Shown here piece after piece: positions 38,805 through 47,680 of a stretch of DNA of 64,000 nucleotides. The position numbers and the translations under genes were made by a program. The stretch spans positions 41,972 through 105,971 of the forward strand of contig JAKAEA010000001.1 in the NCBI GenBank assembly GCA_021818465.1. Reading direction: 5' to 3'. Each line of letters opens with the position of its first letter. Within the stretch, counting starts at the first letter, position 1. Below the pieces are notes generated by a model, which searched no databases, had not been told where the DNA came from, and saw only the letters and a program-made list of their open reading frames with translations. Origin of the DNA: a bacterium. Lineage in GTDB: Bacteria > Patescibacteriota > Minisyncoccia > Phycocordibacterales > JAKAEA01.

Positions 38805-41230
38805 AGCGAAAGCTCTTTAAGATCACCCCAATTGGAACCGACGTGACCGTGGGCGAGAATGGGCACGCCCGCCGATTTTTCGCGCGGCAAAATGGTTTGC
38901 ATGATATTTTTAATGTGCGGAGCAACAACAGCAACAAGCGCCTCGGGCATTTCAAAAATAAGTTCATCGTGGACTTGCAGCAATAACGAAACCTTGTCGC
39001 TAAGATTTTGCTCACGTATATATGCATCAATCTGTACCATAGCAAGCTTTATCATATCAGCCTGTGTACCTTGAATAGGCGCATTAATAGCCATTCGCTC
39101 AGCTGCCGCTTTGACATAGGGTATCTTAGAACGAAGGCCTTCGATGTAACGCCGTCGGCCAAAAAGGGTCTCGGTGTAGCCGCGCCGCATAGCATCGGCT
39201 TTACTGCGATCAAGGTAGCCGGCCAAACCTGTGAAAGTGGCGAAGTATTCGCTATAAAAACCTTGGGCCTCGGCACGTGTACCACCAAGTTGAGCACGCA
39301 AAGCATTAATACCCATGCCATAAAGAATGCCGAAGTTGATAACCTTAGCTTTACGGCGCATCTCATGGTCAACTTTTTCAACAGGCACCCGAAATACTTG
39401 TGCGGCAACCTCAGCGTGCACATCGCGGCCACTTTTAAATATATTAATGAGCCGCTCATCACCAGAGACAATAGCGGCGACACGTAATTCTATTTGTGAG
39501 TAATCAAAACTAACAAGCGTATTATTGGGAGCGGCAATAAACGCCGTTCGAATACGTCGGCCGAGCTCAGTTTTAATAGGAATGTTTTGCAGATTCGGAT
39601 CTTGTGAACTCATCCGACCAGTAGTGGTACCCGTCTGCACAAATGTGGTATGCAAACGTCCATCAGTACCGAGTACATGAGGGATGGTGTCTATGTACGT
39701 TGAGAGGAGTTTCTGAAACTCGCGATATTCTAAAATAAGACCGATAATGGGATGCGACTCGCGAAGCTTTGCAAGTTCTGATTCGCGAGTCGAGAGCGCG
39801 CCACTGTCGGTTTTCTTTTGATTTTTAACCCGTAACCCCATTTTTACAAAAAGTAGTTCACCGAGTTGGCGCGGCGAATTAAGATTTAGCTCGCCAATCG
39901 TTGGATCGGCAGCGTGTGCCATTTTTAGAATTTCCGCGCGCAACTTTTCTAACTCAACATGGTATTCGATACTTAATTTTTTTAAATATGCACTGTCGAT
40001 GGCAATGCCCCGTCGACGCATAGCCGCAACAATAGGAATGAGCGGGCGCTCAATATCGTTCCATATTGTTTCCAATGCGCGCTTTTTAAGTTCGGCAAAA
40101 ATTATTTCACGAGCAGTAGTAAACGTTGTGGTTTTTGCAAAGCGCAGTATATCAGCAAGTTCCGGATTAGTGATATTGGAATCAACAAGCCACAGCGCCA
40201 CTGCCGTTTCTTGTACCACTGCAGGATCGACACTCTCCACGGGAACCTTTTCATTTTTGTTTTCAATCGGCGCAGTTCTCAGACCGAGCACTGTCCGCAC
40301 GCGCGCCGGCAAGGTTCGAAACTCCAACTCAGCACAGAGTGCATCAACAGCTCCAAGATCAAGAGCCTCACGCCACAACTTCTCTGGCACAACGAAGCCA
40401 ATGGGCGCATCGCGACGAATAGTCGCCAAAATCTTGGAAAAAAGGGCTTCTTCTTCGCCATTTTGTAACAAAGCAATAACTCGTGCACTCAAACCCGCCT
40501 TTTCAAACACAGAAAAATTCTTCTTAACTAGTGCTTTTTTAAGCACTTTGTACATTTCTTCAATGGCACCAAATTTCTGAATGAGCGTAGTGGCTGTTTT
40601 TTCACCAATACCCTTAATACCAATAATATTATCGGACTGATCACCACAAAGACCTTTGTAATCGGGCAATAATGTGGGCCCAAAACCGAAGCGCTCCTGC
40701 ACCGCTTTTTCGTTGTATGTAACCGTGTCTTTAATACCCTTGCGTAACGTGTAGACACGCACATGGTCGCCATCGACCAATTGCAACGTGTCCATATCGC
40801 CCGAGGCAATAATGATATCCACGTTTTGATTATTCTTTAATTGTTCGCAGATGGTGCCAAGAATATCATCCGCTTCAAAACCGGCTTTATCGTATATTGG
40901 TATGGAAAAAGCCTTAAACACATCACGCGAACGATTTATCTGCGTGGCTAATTCATTGTCAATTTTGGCTCGTCCAGCTTTATAGTCTTTGTAAATTTCG
41001 TGGCGATACGTTGCCTGAGGCAGATCGTAACAAGCAACTATGTAATCCGGCGCCAGATCTTCAACAATTTTTAGAAGCATTGCCACCAAACCATACAGCG
41101 CACCTGTCGGCTCCCCTTTTGATGAAGCAAAATCAGGCAAAGCATGGTACGCCCGATGAATAATGGCATGCGAATCTAATAGTACAAGCCGTTTTTTTAC
41201 CTGCTTCATAGCTATCAGTCTACCGCACAA
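38801..41230 (-). CDS. polA: DNA polymerase I (5' nuclease plus polymerase)
   Basis: 5'-3' exonuclease N-terminus (LLDSHAIIHRAYHAL) and polymerase motifs A (DYSQIELR) and B (RRKAKVINFGILYG). Confidence 0.92.
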   Translation of the reverse strand: MCGRLIAMKQVKKRLVLLDSHAIIHRAYHALPDFASSKGEPTGALYGLVAMLLKIVEDLAPDYIVACYDLPQATYRHEIYKDYKAGRAKIDNELATQINRSRDVFKAFSIPIYDKAGFEADDILGTICEQLKNNQNVDIIIASGDMDTLQLVDGDHVRVYTLRKGIKDTVTYNEKAVQERFGFGPTLLPDYKGLCGDQSDNIIGIKGIGEKTATTLIQKFGAIEEMYKVLKKALVKKNFSVFEKAGLSARVIALLQNGEEEALFSKILATIRRDAPIGFVVPEKLWREALDLGAVDALCAELEFRTLPARVRTVLGLRTAPIENKNEKVPVESVDPAVVQETAVALWLVDSNITNPELADILRFAKTTTFTTAREIIFAELKKRALETIWNDIERPLIPIVAAMRRRGIAIDSAYLKKLSIEYHVELEKLRAEILKMAHAADPTIGELNLNSPRQLGELLFVKMGLRVKNQKKTDSGALSTRESELAKLRESHPIIGLILEYREFQKLLSTYIDTIPHVLGTDGRLHTTFVQTGTTTGRMSSQDPNLQNIPIKTELGRRIRTAFIAAPNNTLVSFDYSQIELRVAAIVSGDERLINIFKSGRDVHAEVAAQVFRVPVEKVDHEMRRKAKVINFGILYGMGINALRAQLGGTRAEAQGFYSEYFATFTGLAGYLDRSKADAMRRGYTETLFGRRRYIEGLRSKIPYVKAAAERMAINAPIQGTQADMIKLAMVQIDAYIREQNLSDKVSLLLQVHDELIFEMPEALVAVVAPHIKNIMQTILPREKSAGVPILAHGHVGSNWGDLKELSL

Positions 41231-41275
41231 TCATTCTTTTATCTAAACCTTATTTTTCTCAAAAGAACCTCGGAG

Positions 41276-41731
41276 CTAGATTCGGGTAAGTAGGCGGATA
41301 GTTGGGGTAATGTGGGTAAAATGGAGACGAAGAGCCGAGGAGGGCATAAGGTTACCAATACGTTCTGGCCATTCTATAAGTACAAGATTAGCGGGATCGG
41401 TAAGTATTTCAGAGAAACCGAGCCTGGTTAGTTCGTGTGGTGATTCTAGACGATAGGCATCGATGTGCACGAGATGTTTAAAATGACTCTTTGTATGAGG
41501 AATTTCGTAATTTTTTTCAATGACAAAAGTAGGGCTCGTGAGAGATTGACGTATACCCAACACCTGAGCAAGCGCTTGGGTAAAGGTGGTCTTGCCTGCA
41601 CCAAGCTCACCCTCAAGACCAACGACTGTCGCTGTGGTGCTTTTCTTAGATTCGAGTATTTTTAAAAAATCAGCAGCCGCAAGCTTTACATCATCAAGAC
41701 TTCGCATTTCCCGTTTTATAAAATCGATCAC
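41276..41731 (-). CDS. tsaE: tRNA threonylcarbamoyladenosine biosynthesis protein TsaE
   Basis: P-loop GELGAGKTTFTQ of the YjeE family. Confidence 0.85.
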   Translation of the reverse strand: MIDFIKREMRSLDDVKLAAADFLKILESKKSTTATVVGLEGELGAGKTTFTQALAQVLGIRQSLTSPTFVIEKNYEIPHTKSHFKHLVHIDAYRLESPHELTRLGFSEILTDPANLVLIEWPERIGNLMPSSALRLHFTHITPTIRLLTRI

Positions 41732-41781
41732 AAAGAAAGCATATCACAAAAAACCCATTCATTTTCATCTGGTATAATGGG

Positions 41782-43461
41782 GTGATGGTTGTTTTTGATG
41801 ATGAAAAGCAGCGAGAAAAACTTCTAGAACTTCGACAAAAAGAAGAAGAAAATCTCGCACAAACAATGGCTGGCCGCTATGGTTTAGATTATGTCGATCT
41901 GACTGTCGCTTCTATCAATATTGACGCTCTTCGTGTAATTAACAAAGAAGATGCTCACGCAGCAAATGTTGCAGCATTTGATATGCTTGATAGAAAATTA
42001 AAAATTGCCATACTCAGCCCTGAAAATCCTAAAACTCAAACTCTTCTGCAATCACTAGAAAGTAAAGGGTATGTTGTTATGCCCTATATGGCTTCTATGG
42101 AAAGCTTACAACGAGTATGGAAACGTTACGACGATCTCTCATACTCCACGCAAACTCATGGCGGTGCTATTGATATCTCTAATGAAAAAATAAATGATCT
42201 TATCACCAGCATCACCCACATAGAAAACGTGCGCGAGCTTATTAGTAAGCTTCTAGCAGAAACCAAGGGGTATCGTATTTCAAGCTTACTGGAAATTATC
42301 CTTTCTGGTGCACTAGCACTCAGCGCTTCCGATATTCATATTGAACCTGGAGAAACAACAGTTACCATTCGCTACCGCCTCGATGGTGTACTAGTTGTTG
42401 TGACAGACATCACCACAAAAGTATATCAACTCCTTTTGTCTCGCATTAAATTGCTTTCAGGAATGAAATTAAATGTCACCACAGCCCAAGATGGGCGTTT
42501 TAGTATTATTGTGACCAATTCAGAAATTGAAATTCGTTCATCCATTTTGCCTTCCAACTACGCCGAGTCTATTGTCATGCGCGTTCTTAATCCCAACTCT
42601 ATTTCCGTACCACTTGAAGAATTAGGAATTCCTCCCAAGCTTTTAAAGCTTTTAGAAAAAGAGATTGCTAAACCAGAAGGTATGATTTTAACCACTGGCC
42701 CAACTGGCTCTGGAAAAACTACAACATTGTATGCTTTTTTAAAAAAAGTATTTACACCCGACATTAAAATCATCACTATTGAAGACCCGGTGGAATACCA
42801 CCTGCCCGGTATTGTGCAAACACAAACCGATGAAGAAAAAGGCTACACATTTTTGGAGGGCCTACGTTCAGCATTGCGCCAGGATCCCGATGTTATTATG
42901 GTTGGTGAAATTCGCGATCAAGAAACAGCAACCATTGCTGTTAATGCTGCGCTCACCGGCCACCTTGTATTTTCAACATTACACACCAATTCCGCCGCTG
43001 GCACTTTTCCACGACTTATCGACTTAAAAGTAAATCCTAAAATAATTACCTCGGCCTTGTCAGTGGCTATGGCCCAACGCCTCGTGCGTAAATTGTGTCC
43101 AGTGTGTAAAAAATCTGTTCCGCTTGAAGGAAAAACGAAAGAACTTGTAGAAAAAATTATAGATTCCATTACCGACTTAACAGATAAGCCTACTATTCCC
43201 GATTCAGTTTTTGAGCCAGTCGGTTGTGATGCGTGCAACAATACTGGCTACGAGGGTCGTATTGGTATATACGAGGCTATTGTTCGCAGTGAGGCAGTAG
43301 AAAAAGCAATTAATCAGAACCCTAGCGATCGAGAAATTTCCCAAGCGGCCATCGGACAAAATATTCTCACGATGCGTCAGGATGGTGTTAAAAAAATATT
43401 AAATGGAATAACGTCGTTAGAAGAAGTCGAGCGAGTTATTGATTTAGAAGAGGAGTGGTAA
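41782..43461 (+). CDS. pilB: type IV pilus / type II secretion assembly ATPase (GspE/PilB family)
   Basis: N-terminal GSPII_E_N region, Walker A TGPTGSGKTTT, His box and a CxxC tetracysteine. Confidence 0.88.
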   Translation: MMVVFDDEKQREKLLELRQKEEENLAQTMAGRYGLDYVDLTVASINIDALRVINKEDAHAANVAAFDMLDRKLKIAILSPENPKTQTLLQSLESKGYVVMPYMASMESLQRVWKRYDDLSYSTQTHGGAIDISNEKINDLITSITHIENVRELISKLLAETKGYRISSLLEIILSGALALSASDIHIEPGETTVTIRYRLDGVLVVVTDITTKVYQLLLSRIKLLSGMKLNVTTAQDGRFSIIVTNSEIEIRSSILPSNYAESIVMRVLNPNSISVPLEELGIPPKLLKLLEKEIAKPEGMILTTGPTGSGKTTTLYAFLKKVFTPDIKIITIEDPVEYHLPGIVQTQTDEEKGYTFLEGLRSALRQDPDVIMVGEIRDQETATIAVNAALTGHLVFSTLHTNSAAGTFPRLIDLKVNPKIITSALSVAMAQRLVRKLCPVCKKSVPLEGKTKELVEKIIDSITDLTDKPTIPDSVFEPVGCDACNNTGYEGRIGIYEAIVRSEAVEKAINQNPSDREISQAAIGQNILTMRQDGVKKILNGITSLEEVERVIDLEEEW

Positions 43462-43479
43462 ATAAAAAATAAATAATAT

Positions 43480-43638
43480 ATGAGTACAAAATCTTTTATT
43501 TGGCTGGGACTTATGGTTTTTTCAACTATTGGGGGATTCCTGCCATTTTTGTGGGGTGGTGGTATGTTTTCTTCTATTATATTTAGTACTATCGGTGGTA
43601 TTTTTGGTATCTGGCTTGGTTATAAAATTAGCCAGTAA
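43480..43638 (+). CDS. unannotated small hydrophobic protein (52 aa)
   Basis: Two TM helices and GG-rich sequence, immediately after pilB. Confidence 0.25.
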   Translation: MSTKSFIWLGLMVFSTIGGFLPFLWGGGMFSSIIFSTIGGIFGIWLGYKISQ

Positions 43639-43739
43639 ACACTTGACTTGCTTGACACCACCAACAAACTCTCCCCTAACAAAAAAACATATTGCCACCA
43701 TTTAAGAAAAGAGTACGATAGATAGTAAGAGATTCGACA

Positions 43740-43960
43740 GTGTTTTCCGACGAATCCACTGCACGAATCTCTAGACAAGACTTTTAACACGCACGCTAAA
43801 AGTGAAGTGAATTCCTAAGGAAAGCGACAGTAAAACGCCTAAAGGCGTTAACCAGCACCCCCTCGCGAAAACACCCTGAAGCCCCAAAGAGGCCTTTGTC
43901 TAGAGATTCCCGAAGTGGAAGCGAGACACTACAGAATATTACTAGTACGATGGAAATCCT
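43740..43960 (+). ncRNA. candidate structured RNA upstream of ruvB (identity unknown)
   Basis: 13-bp long-range inverted repeat aatctctagacaa/ttgtctagagatt (43763-43775 / 43895-43907) enclosing the local hairpin aacgcc-taaa-ggcgtt and a repeated gaagtg(g)aa...aagcga module. Strand uncertain. Confidence 0.25.
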
Positions 43961-44014
43961 ATAAATGTTCTTTTGTGTTGGAACTAGATACAATCCTAGC
44001 ACAAAATAATTTTT

Positions 44015-45043
44015 ATGTCAACACCCCCCACCACTGAGCAAAAAGCTGCCGAGGAAACAGTAGAAAATACTGCTTTTTTGGATGCTACTCTACGACCAAG
44101 TCAGTGGGATGATTATATTGGTCAAAAAACAACAAAAGAAAATTTAAAAATATTACTGCAGGCCGCTGTGGAGCGAGGTCATGTTCCAGAACACATTCTT
44201 TTTTACGGGCCACCTGGTTTAGGCAAAACAACCTTAGCATACCTAATCGCCAAAGAACTTTCAGCCCAAATTAAAGTGACATCAGGACCAGCAATTGAGA
44301 AGGTCGCTGATCTTGCCTCAATTCTTACTAATCTTAGCGCTGGCGATATTCTTTTTATTGATGAAATACACCGCTTAAATAAAACCGTTGAGGAGGTTTT
44401 ATATCCAGCAATGGAATCCGGCTCATTAGATATTCTTATTGGTAAGGGGCCATCAGCACGAACTGTACAATTACCCCTAGCACCCTTCACACTCATTGGT
44501 GCCACCACCCGTATTGCCCTTCTCTCTTCACCACTTCGCTCCCGGTTTTCTGGGGGTGTATTTCGATTAGAATTTTACTCTACAGATGAGCTGACAGAGA
44601 TAGTACGTCGTTCGGCAACCACACTAGGAATAGCCTTGGAAAACGATGCGGCATTTGCCATTGCCGAACGAAGTCGTTTTACTCCTCGCACCGCCAACCA
44701 CCTCTTAAAACGCGTTCGGGATTACGCGCAAGTAGAGCGACGCGAAGTTGATGCTGATACCGTAGCAAAAGCACTCACTTTACTAGGTATTGATGCTATA
44801 GGCCTCAACCCTTCCGATCGTTCTGTTTTAGAGACCATTATAAAAAAATATAACGGTGGACCAGTTGGATTAGAAACCATTGCAACTTCACTTTCAGAAG
44901 AAGAAGCAACTATAGAAGAATTTAATGAGCCATACTTGCTGCAAATTGGCATGATAGAACGCACGCCGCGCGGTCGCACAGCAACCGAAAATGCTTATCA
45001 TCATCTCAACTTGAAAAAACCACAAAATAATTTAGGATTATAA
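44015..45043 (+). CDS. ruvB: Holliday junction DNA helicase RuvB
   Basis: AAA+ Walker A GPPGLGKTTLA, Walker B, and a winged-helix C-terminus. Confidence 0.95.
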   Translation: MSTPPTTEQKAAEETVENTAFLDATLRPSQWDDYIGQKTTKENLKILLQAAVERGHVPEHILFYGPPGLGKTTLAYLIAKELSAQIKVTSGPAIEKVADLASILTNLSAGDILFIDEIHRLNKTVEEVLYPAMESGSLDILIGKGPSARTVQLPLAPFTLIGATTRIALLSSPLRSRFSGGVFRLEFYSTDELTEIVRRSATTLGIALENDAAFAIAERSRFTPRTANHLLKRVRDYAQVERREVDADTVAKALTLLGIDAIGLNPSDRSVLETIIKKYNGGPVGLETIATSLSEEEATIEEFNEPYLLQIGMIERTPRGRTATENAYHHLNLKKPQNNLGL

Positions 45044-45047
45044 GAAC

Positions 45048-45590
45048 ATGTCTGGACACAATAAATGGTCAAAAATAAAGCGACAGAAAGGCGCTGAAGA
45101 TGCGGCTAAGAGTAAACTGTTTGGAAAACTGGTGCGCGCCATTACAGTTGAAGCAAAAAAATCAGGCATCAACACTATAACCAAAGGTTCTCCTCTCTCA
45201 CCTGGTTTGGAAACGGCCATTCGTAAAGCTCGTGAAGCAAATATGCCTAATGACACAATAGAACGTGCTATAAAAAAATCGTCCGAGGGTGCTGCTATGG
45301 AAACCATAACATACGAATCATATGGCCCGGGTGGTTCGGCGCTTGTTATTGAAGCATTAACTAGTAATCGCAATAAAGCCGCTCAAGAAATTAAAGCTAT
45401 TCTTGCAAAACACGGGTTAGCTTTAGCCGCCCCAGGGTCGGCAACGTGGGCTTTTTCTAAAAATGCCGACGGCTGGACTGCTCAAACTCCAGTAGCTATA
45501 AACGAAGAGGACGGAGAAAAACTCAGTCAGCTTATAGATGAATTAGAGAGCAACGACGAAGTCCAGGAAGTATTTACCAACGCTGAATAA
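45048..45590 (+). CDS. YebC/PmpR-family protein (short form)
   Basis: MSGHNKWSKIKRQKG N-terminus. 180 aa, against about 240 for a typical YebC. Confidence 0.7.
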   Translation: MSGHNKWSKIKRQKGAEDAAKSKLFGKLVRAITVEAKKSGINTITKGSPLSPGLETAIRKAREANMPNDTIERAIKKSSEGAAMETITYESYGPGGSALVIEALTSNRNKAAQEIKAILAKHGLALAAPGSATWAFSKNADGWTAQTPVAINEEDGEKLSQLIDELESNDEVQEVFTNAE

Positions 45591-46075
45591 TGAGGATATT
45601 TGCCATCGATCCAGGATATGATCGTCTCGGCATCGCCATCATGGAAAGTGGTCGACCTGAAATAGTCCTTTATTCTGATTGTTTTCAAACATCAAAAAAA
45701 ATTTCTCATCCGGCGCGACTAGGGGCAATACAAAAAGAAATAGAAAAACTTTTGAATGAATTTTCTCCTGATAGCGTAGCCACGGAAACACTCTTTTTTA
45801 GTAAAAACCGAAAGACTGCTCTAGCTGTCGCTGAGGTTCGAGGAGTAATTTTGGCTTTAGCACACAATCGCGGACTACCTATTTTCGAGTATCCACCAGT
45901 ACAAATAAAAACTGCGGTCACAGGCTACGGAGCGAGTGATAAAAAACAGGTGGCCCAATTGGTACATAAACTTGTACGAATATCTAAAAAACCACAATAC
46001 GACGATGAATATGATGCTATAGCTATAGGTATTACTTTTTTTGCTCGAGAACGTTTTTCCACAGCTCGCATATAA
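45590..46075 (+). CDS. ruvC: crossover junction endodeoxyribonuclease RuvC
   Basis: Start MRIFAIDPGYDRLGIAI and the RuvC catalytic Asp/Glu pattern. Confidence 0.85.
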   Translation: MRIFAIDPGYDRLGIAIMESGRPEIVLYSDCFQTSKKISHPARLGAIQKEIEKLLNEFSPDSVATETLFFSKNRKTALAVAEVRGVILALAHNRGLPIFEYPPVQIKTAVTGYGASDKKQVAQLVHKLVRISKKPQYDDEYDAIAIGITFFARERFSTARI

Positions 46076-46145
46076 TTGAATTGCAAAATTTCTAAGCTTT
46101 TGATACAAATGAGCCAATTATCAATGATAATTTTATAGTGATTCT

Positions 46146-46388
46146 ATGAGTGATAAAAAGAAAAATAACCATCTAAACGAGGATGAAAATGATAACGATA
46201 TTGGTTTTCGCGATCCTGGACACCACAATGATCACAACAACTCCACAAACGAAGAAGAGGTAGATGATGAATTACCCCACCCTCACAATGAAGACAGTGA
46301 TGAAGAAGATACTGAGGAAGACGATTTTGACGACGAAGAACAAGGGTGGCACACCTTCGACATGGACAATCTTGACGAAAGCTTATAA
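46146..46388 (+). CDS. hypothetical highly acidic protein
   Basis: 80 aa, about 45% D/E. Followed by a terminator hairpin at 46400..46435. Confidence 0.3.
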   Translation: MSDKKKNNHLNEDENDNDIGFRDPGHHNDHNNSTNEEEVDDELPHPHNEDSDEEDTEEDDFDDEEQGWHTFDMDNLDESL

Positions 46389-46403
46389 AAAATTAAAAAA
46401 CCT

Positions 46404-47636
46404 TTATTCAATCCGAATGAAGGTTTTTTTTCCGATTCGATATGTACCATGATGCGCTCTAGTGAATGGATCAAGTATTTTTTCTTTTGTTTCTATATTT
46501 ACAACTGCCCCCTCTTCAACAAGACGACGCCACTGCGTTTTAGAAGATACGCTGCCTTCATCTACAAAAACATCACCGAGTAACTTGGTACTATCAGCTG
46601 AAATCGTTAGTATGTTTTCAGGAACACCGCCAGCGGAAAAAACCTCTTGAAAATTTTTTTGAGCCCGATCAGCAGCTTGCACACCGTGGTACATACCAAC
46701 AATTTCATGAGCAAGTTCTATTTTAAGATTTTTAGGATTTTCTCCCGCCATGAGCCGGTCTTTTTTTTCTGCAATTTGTATTCGTGATAAACGTGTACAG
46801 TCAGTAAACATCTGTTCTATTCCCTCATCAGCTAAAGCCATTATTTTACCAAACATATTTTCCGCTGATTCATTAAGACCAATACCGGTGCCCAAACTTT
46901 TACTCATAAGTTTTTCTCCTGTGACAGGATTTTCCAAAAGAGTAGTGGTCATGACAAACTTATCTCGATTAAGGTAGCGCTTAACGAGTGTCCTCCCCGC
47001 GAGCATGTTAAAAGTTTGGTCGGTGCCACCAATTTCCATATCGACAGCAAGCGCCACAGAATCGTAGCCTTGCAAGAGTGGATAAAAAAACTCGTGAACA
47101 AAAAGTGGTTTTTTTTCCTGCATTCTTTTTTCAAACATATCTCTTTCGAGCATATGTTGCACAGTAAAGTTTGAACTAAGCTCAATAATTTTTTTAAGAC
47201 TGAGTTTGGCAAGCCATTCACTGTTAAACCTAAACTCTATAGGGTTTTGTTTGTTTTTGAAATCAAGAATCTTCCCAATTTGTTGTTTAAACGATGTTAG
47301 ATTTTTTTGTACATCCTTTTCAGTAAGAGGGATTCGCGCGGACGTTTTGTCGCTTGGATCTCCAATCATCGCAGTAAAATCACCTACAAGAACAATAATT
47401 TTATGCCCAAGCTTATGGAGTCTTTCGAGAATAAGATAGTTAGTGGAGTGGCCAAGATGCACATAGTCGGCAGTTGGATCAATACCGACATATACAGAAA
47501 TTTGTTTACCAGACAACAATAGCTCTCGAAGTGCATCACGCGAGGGATAAATAGTGTCAATCGATCGTGAAATAGCCTCCTCAATTTTTTCCTTATCAGT
47601 ATCAATGGATGTATTTTTTTTCCAAATCATGACCAA
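46404..47636 (-). CDS. tyrS: tyrosine--tRNA ligase
   Basis: HIGH-type motif (YVHLGH), KMSKS (KLMSKS), and a C-terminal S4-like domain. Confidence 0.85.
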   Translation of the reverse strand: MVMIWKKNTSIDTDKEKIEEAISRSIDTIYPSRDALRELLLSGKQISVYVGIDPTADYVHLGHSTNYLILERLHKLGHKIIVLVGDFTAMIGDPSDKTSARIPLTEKDVQKNLTSFKQQIGKILDFKNKQNPIEFRFNSEWLAKLSLKKIIELSSNFTVQHMLERDMFEKRMQEKKPLFVHEFFYPLLQGYDSVALAVDMEIGGTDQTFNMLAGRTLVKRYLNRDKFVMTTTLLENPVTGEKLMSKSLGTGIGLNESAENMFGKIMALADEGIEQMFTDCTRLSRIQIAEKKDRLMAGENPKNLKIELAHEIVGMYHGVQAADRAQKNFQEVFSAGGVPENILTISADSTKLLGDVFVDEGSVSSKTQWRRLVEEGAVVNIETKEKILDPFTRAHHGTYRIGKKTFIRIE

Positions 47637-47680
47637 ACTTTACCATATTTTCGTATTATATAGAAAGAATTTATGATACT

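Noticed and set aside
43700-44010. tmRNA or RNase P RNA in the long gap before ruvB
   Set aside because: There is no tRNA-like 3' end (GGTTCGA...CCA) and no resume-codon/tag ORF. The RNase P P4 consensus (AGGAAAGUCCGG / ACAGAAACCGGCUUA) is absent. It is kept only as an unidentified structured-RNA candidate.
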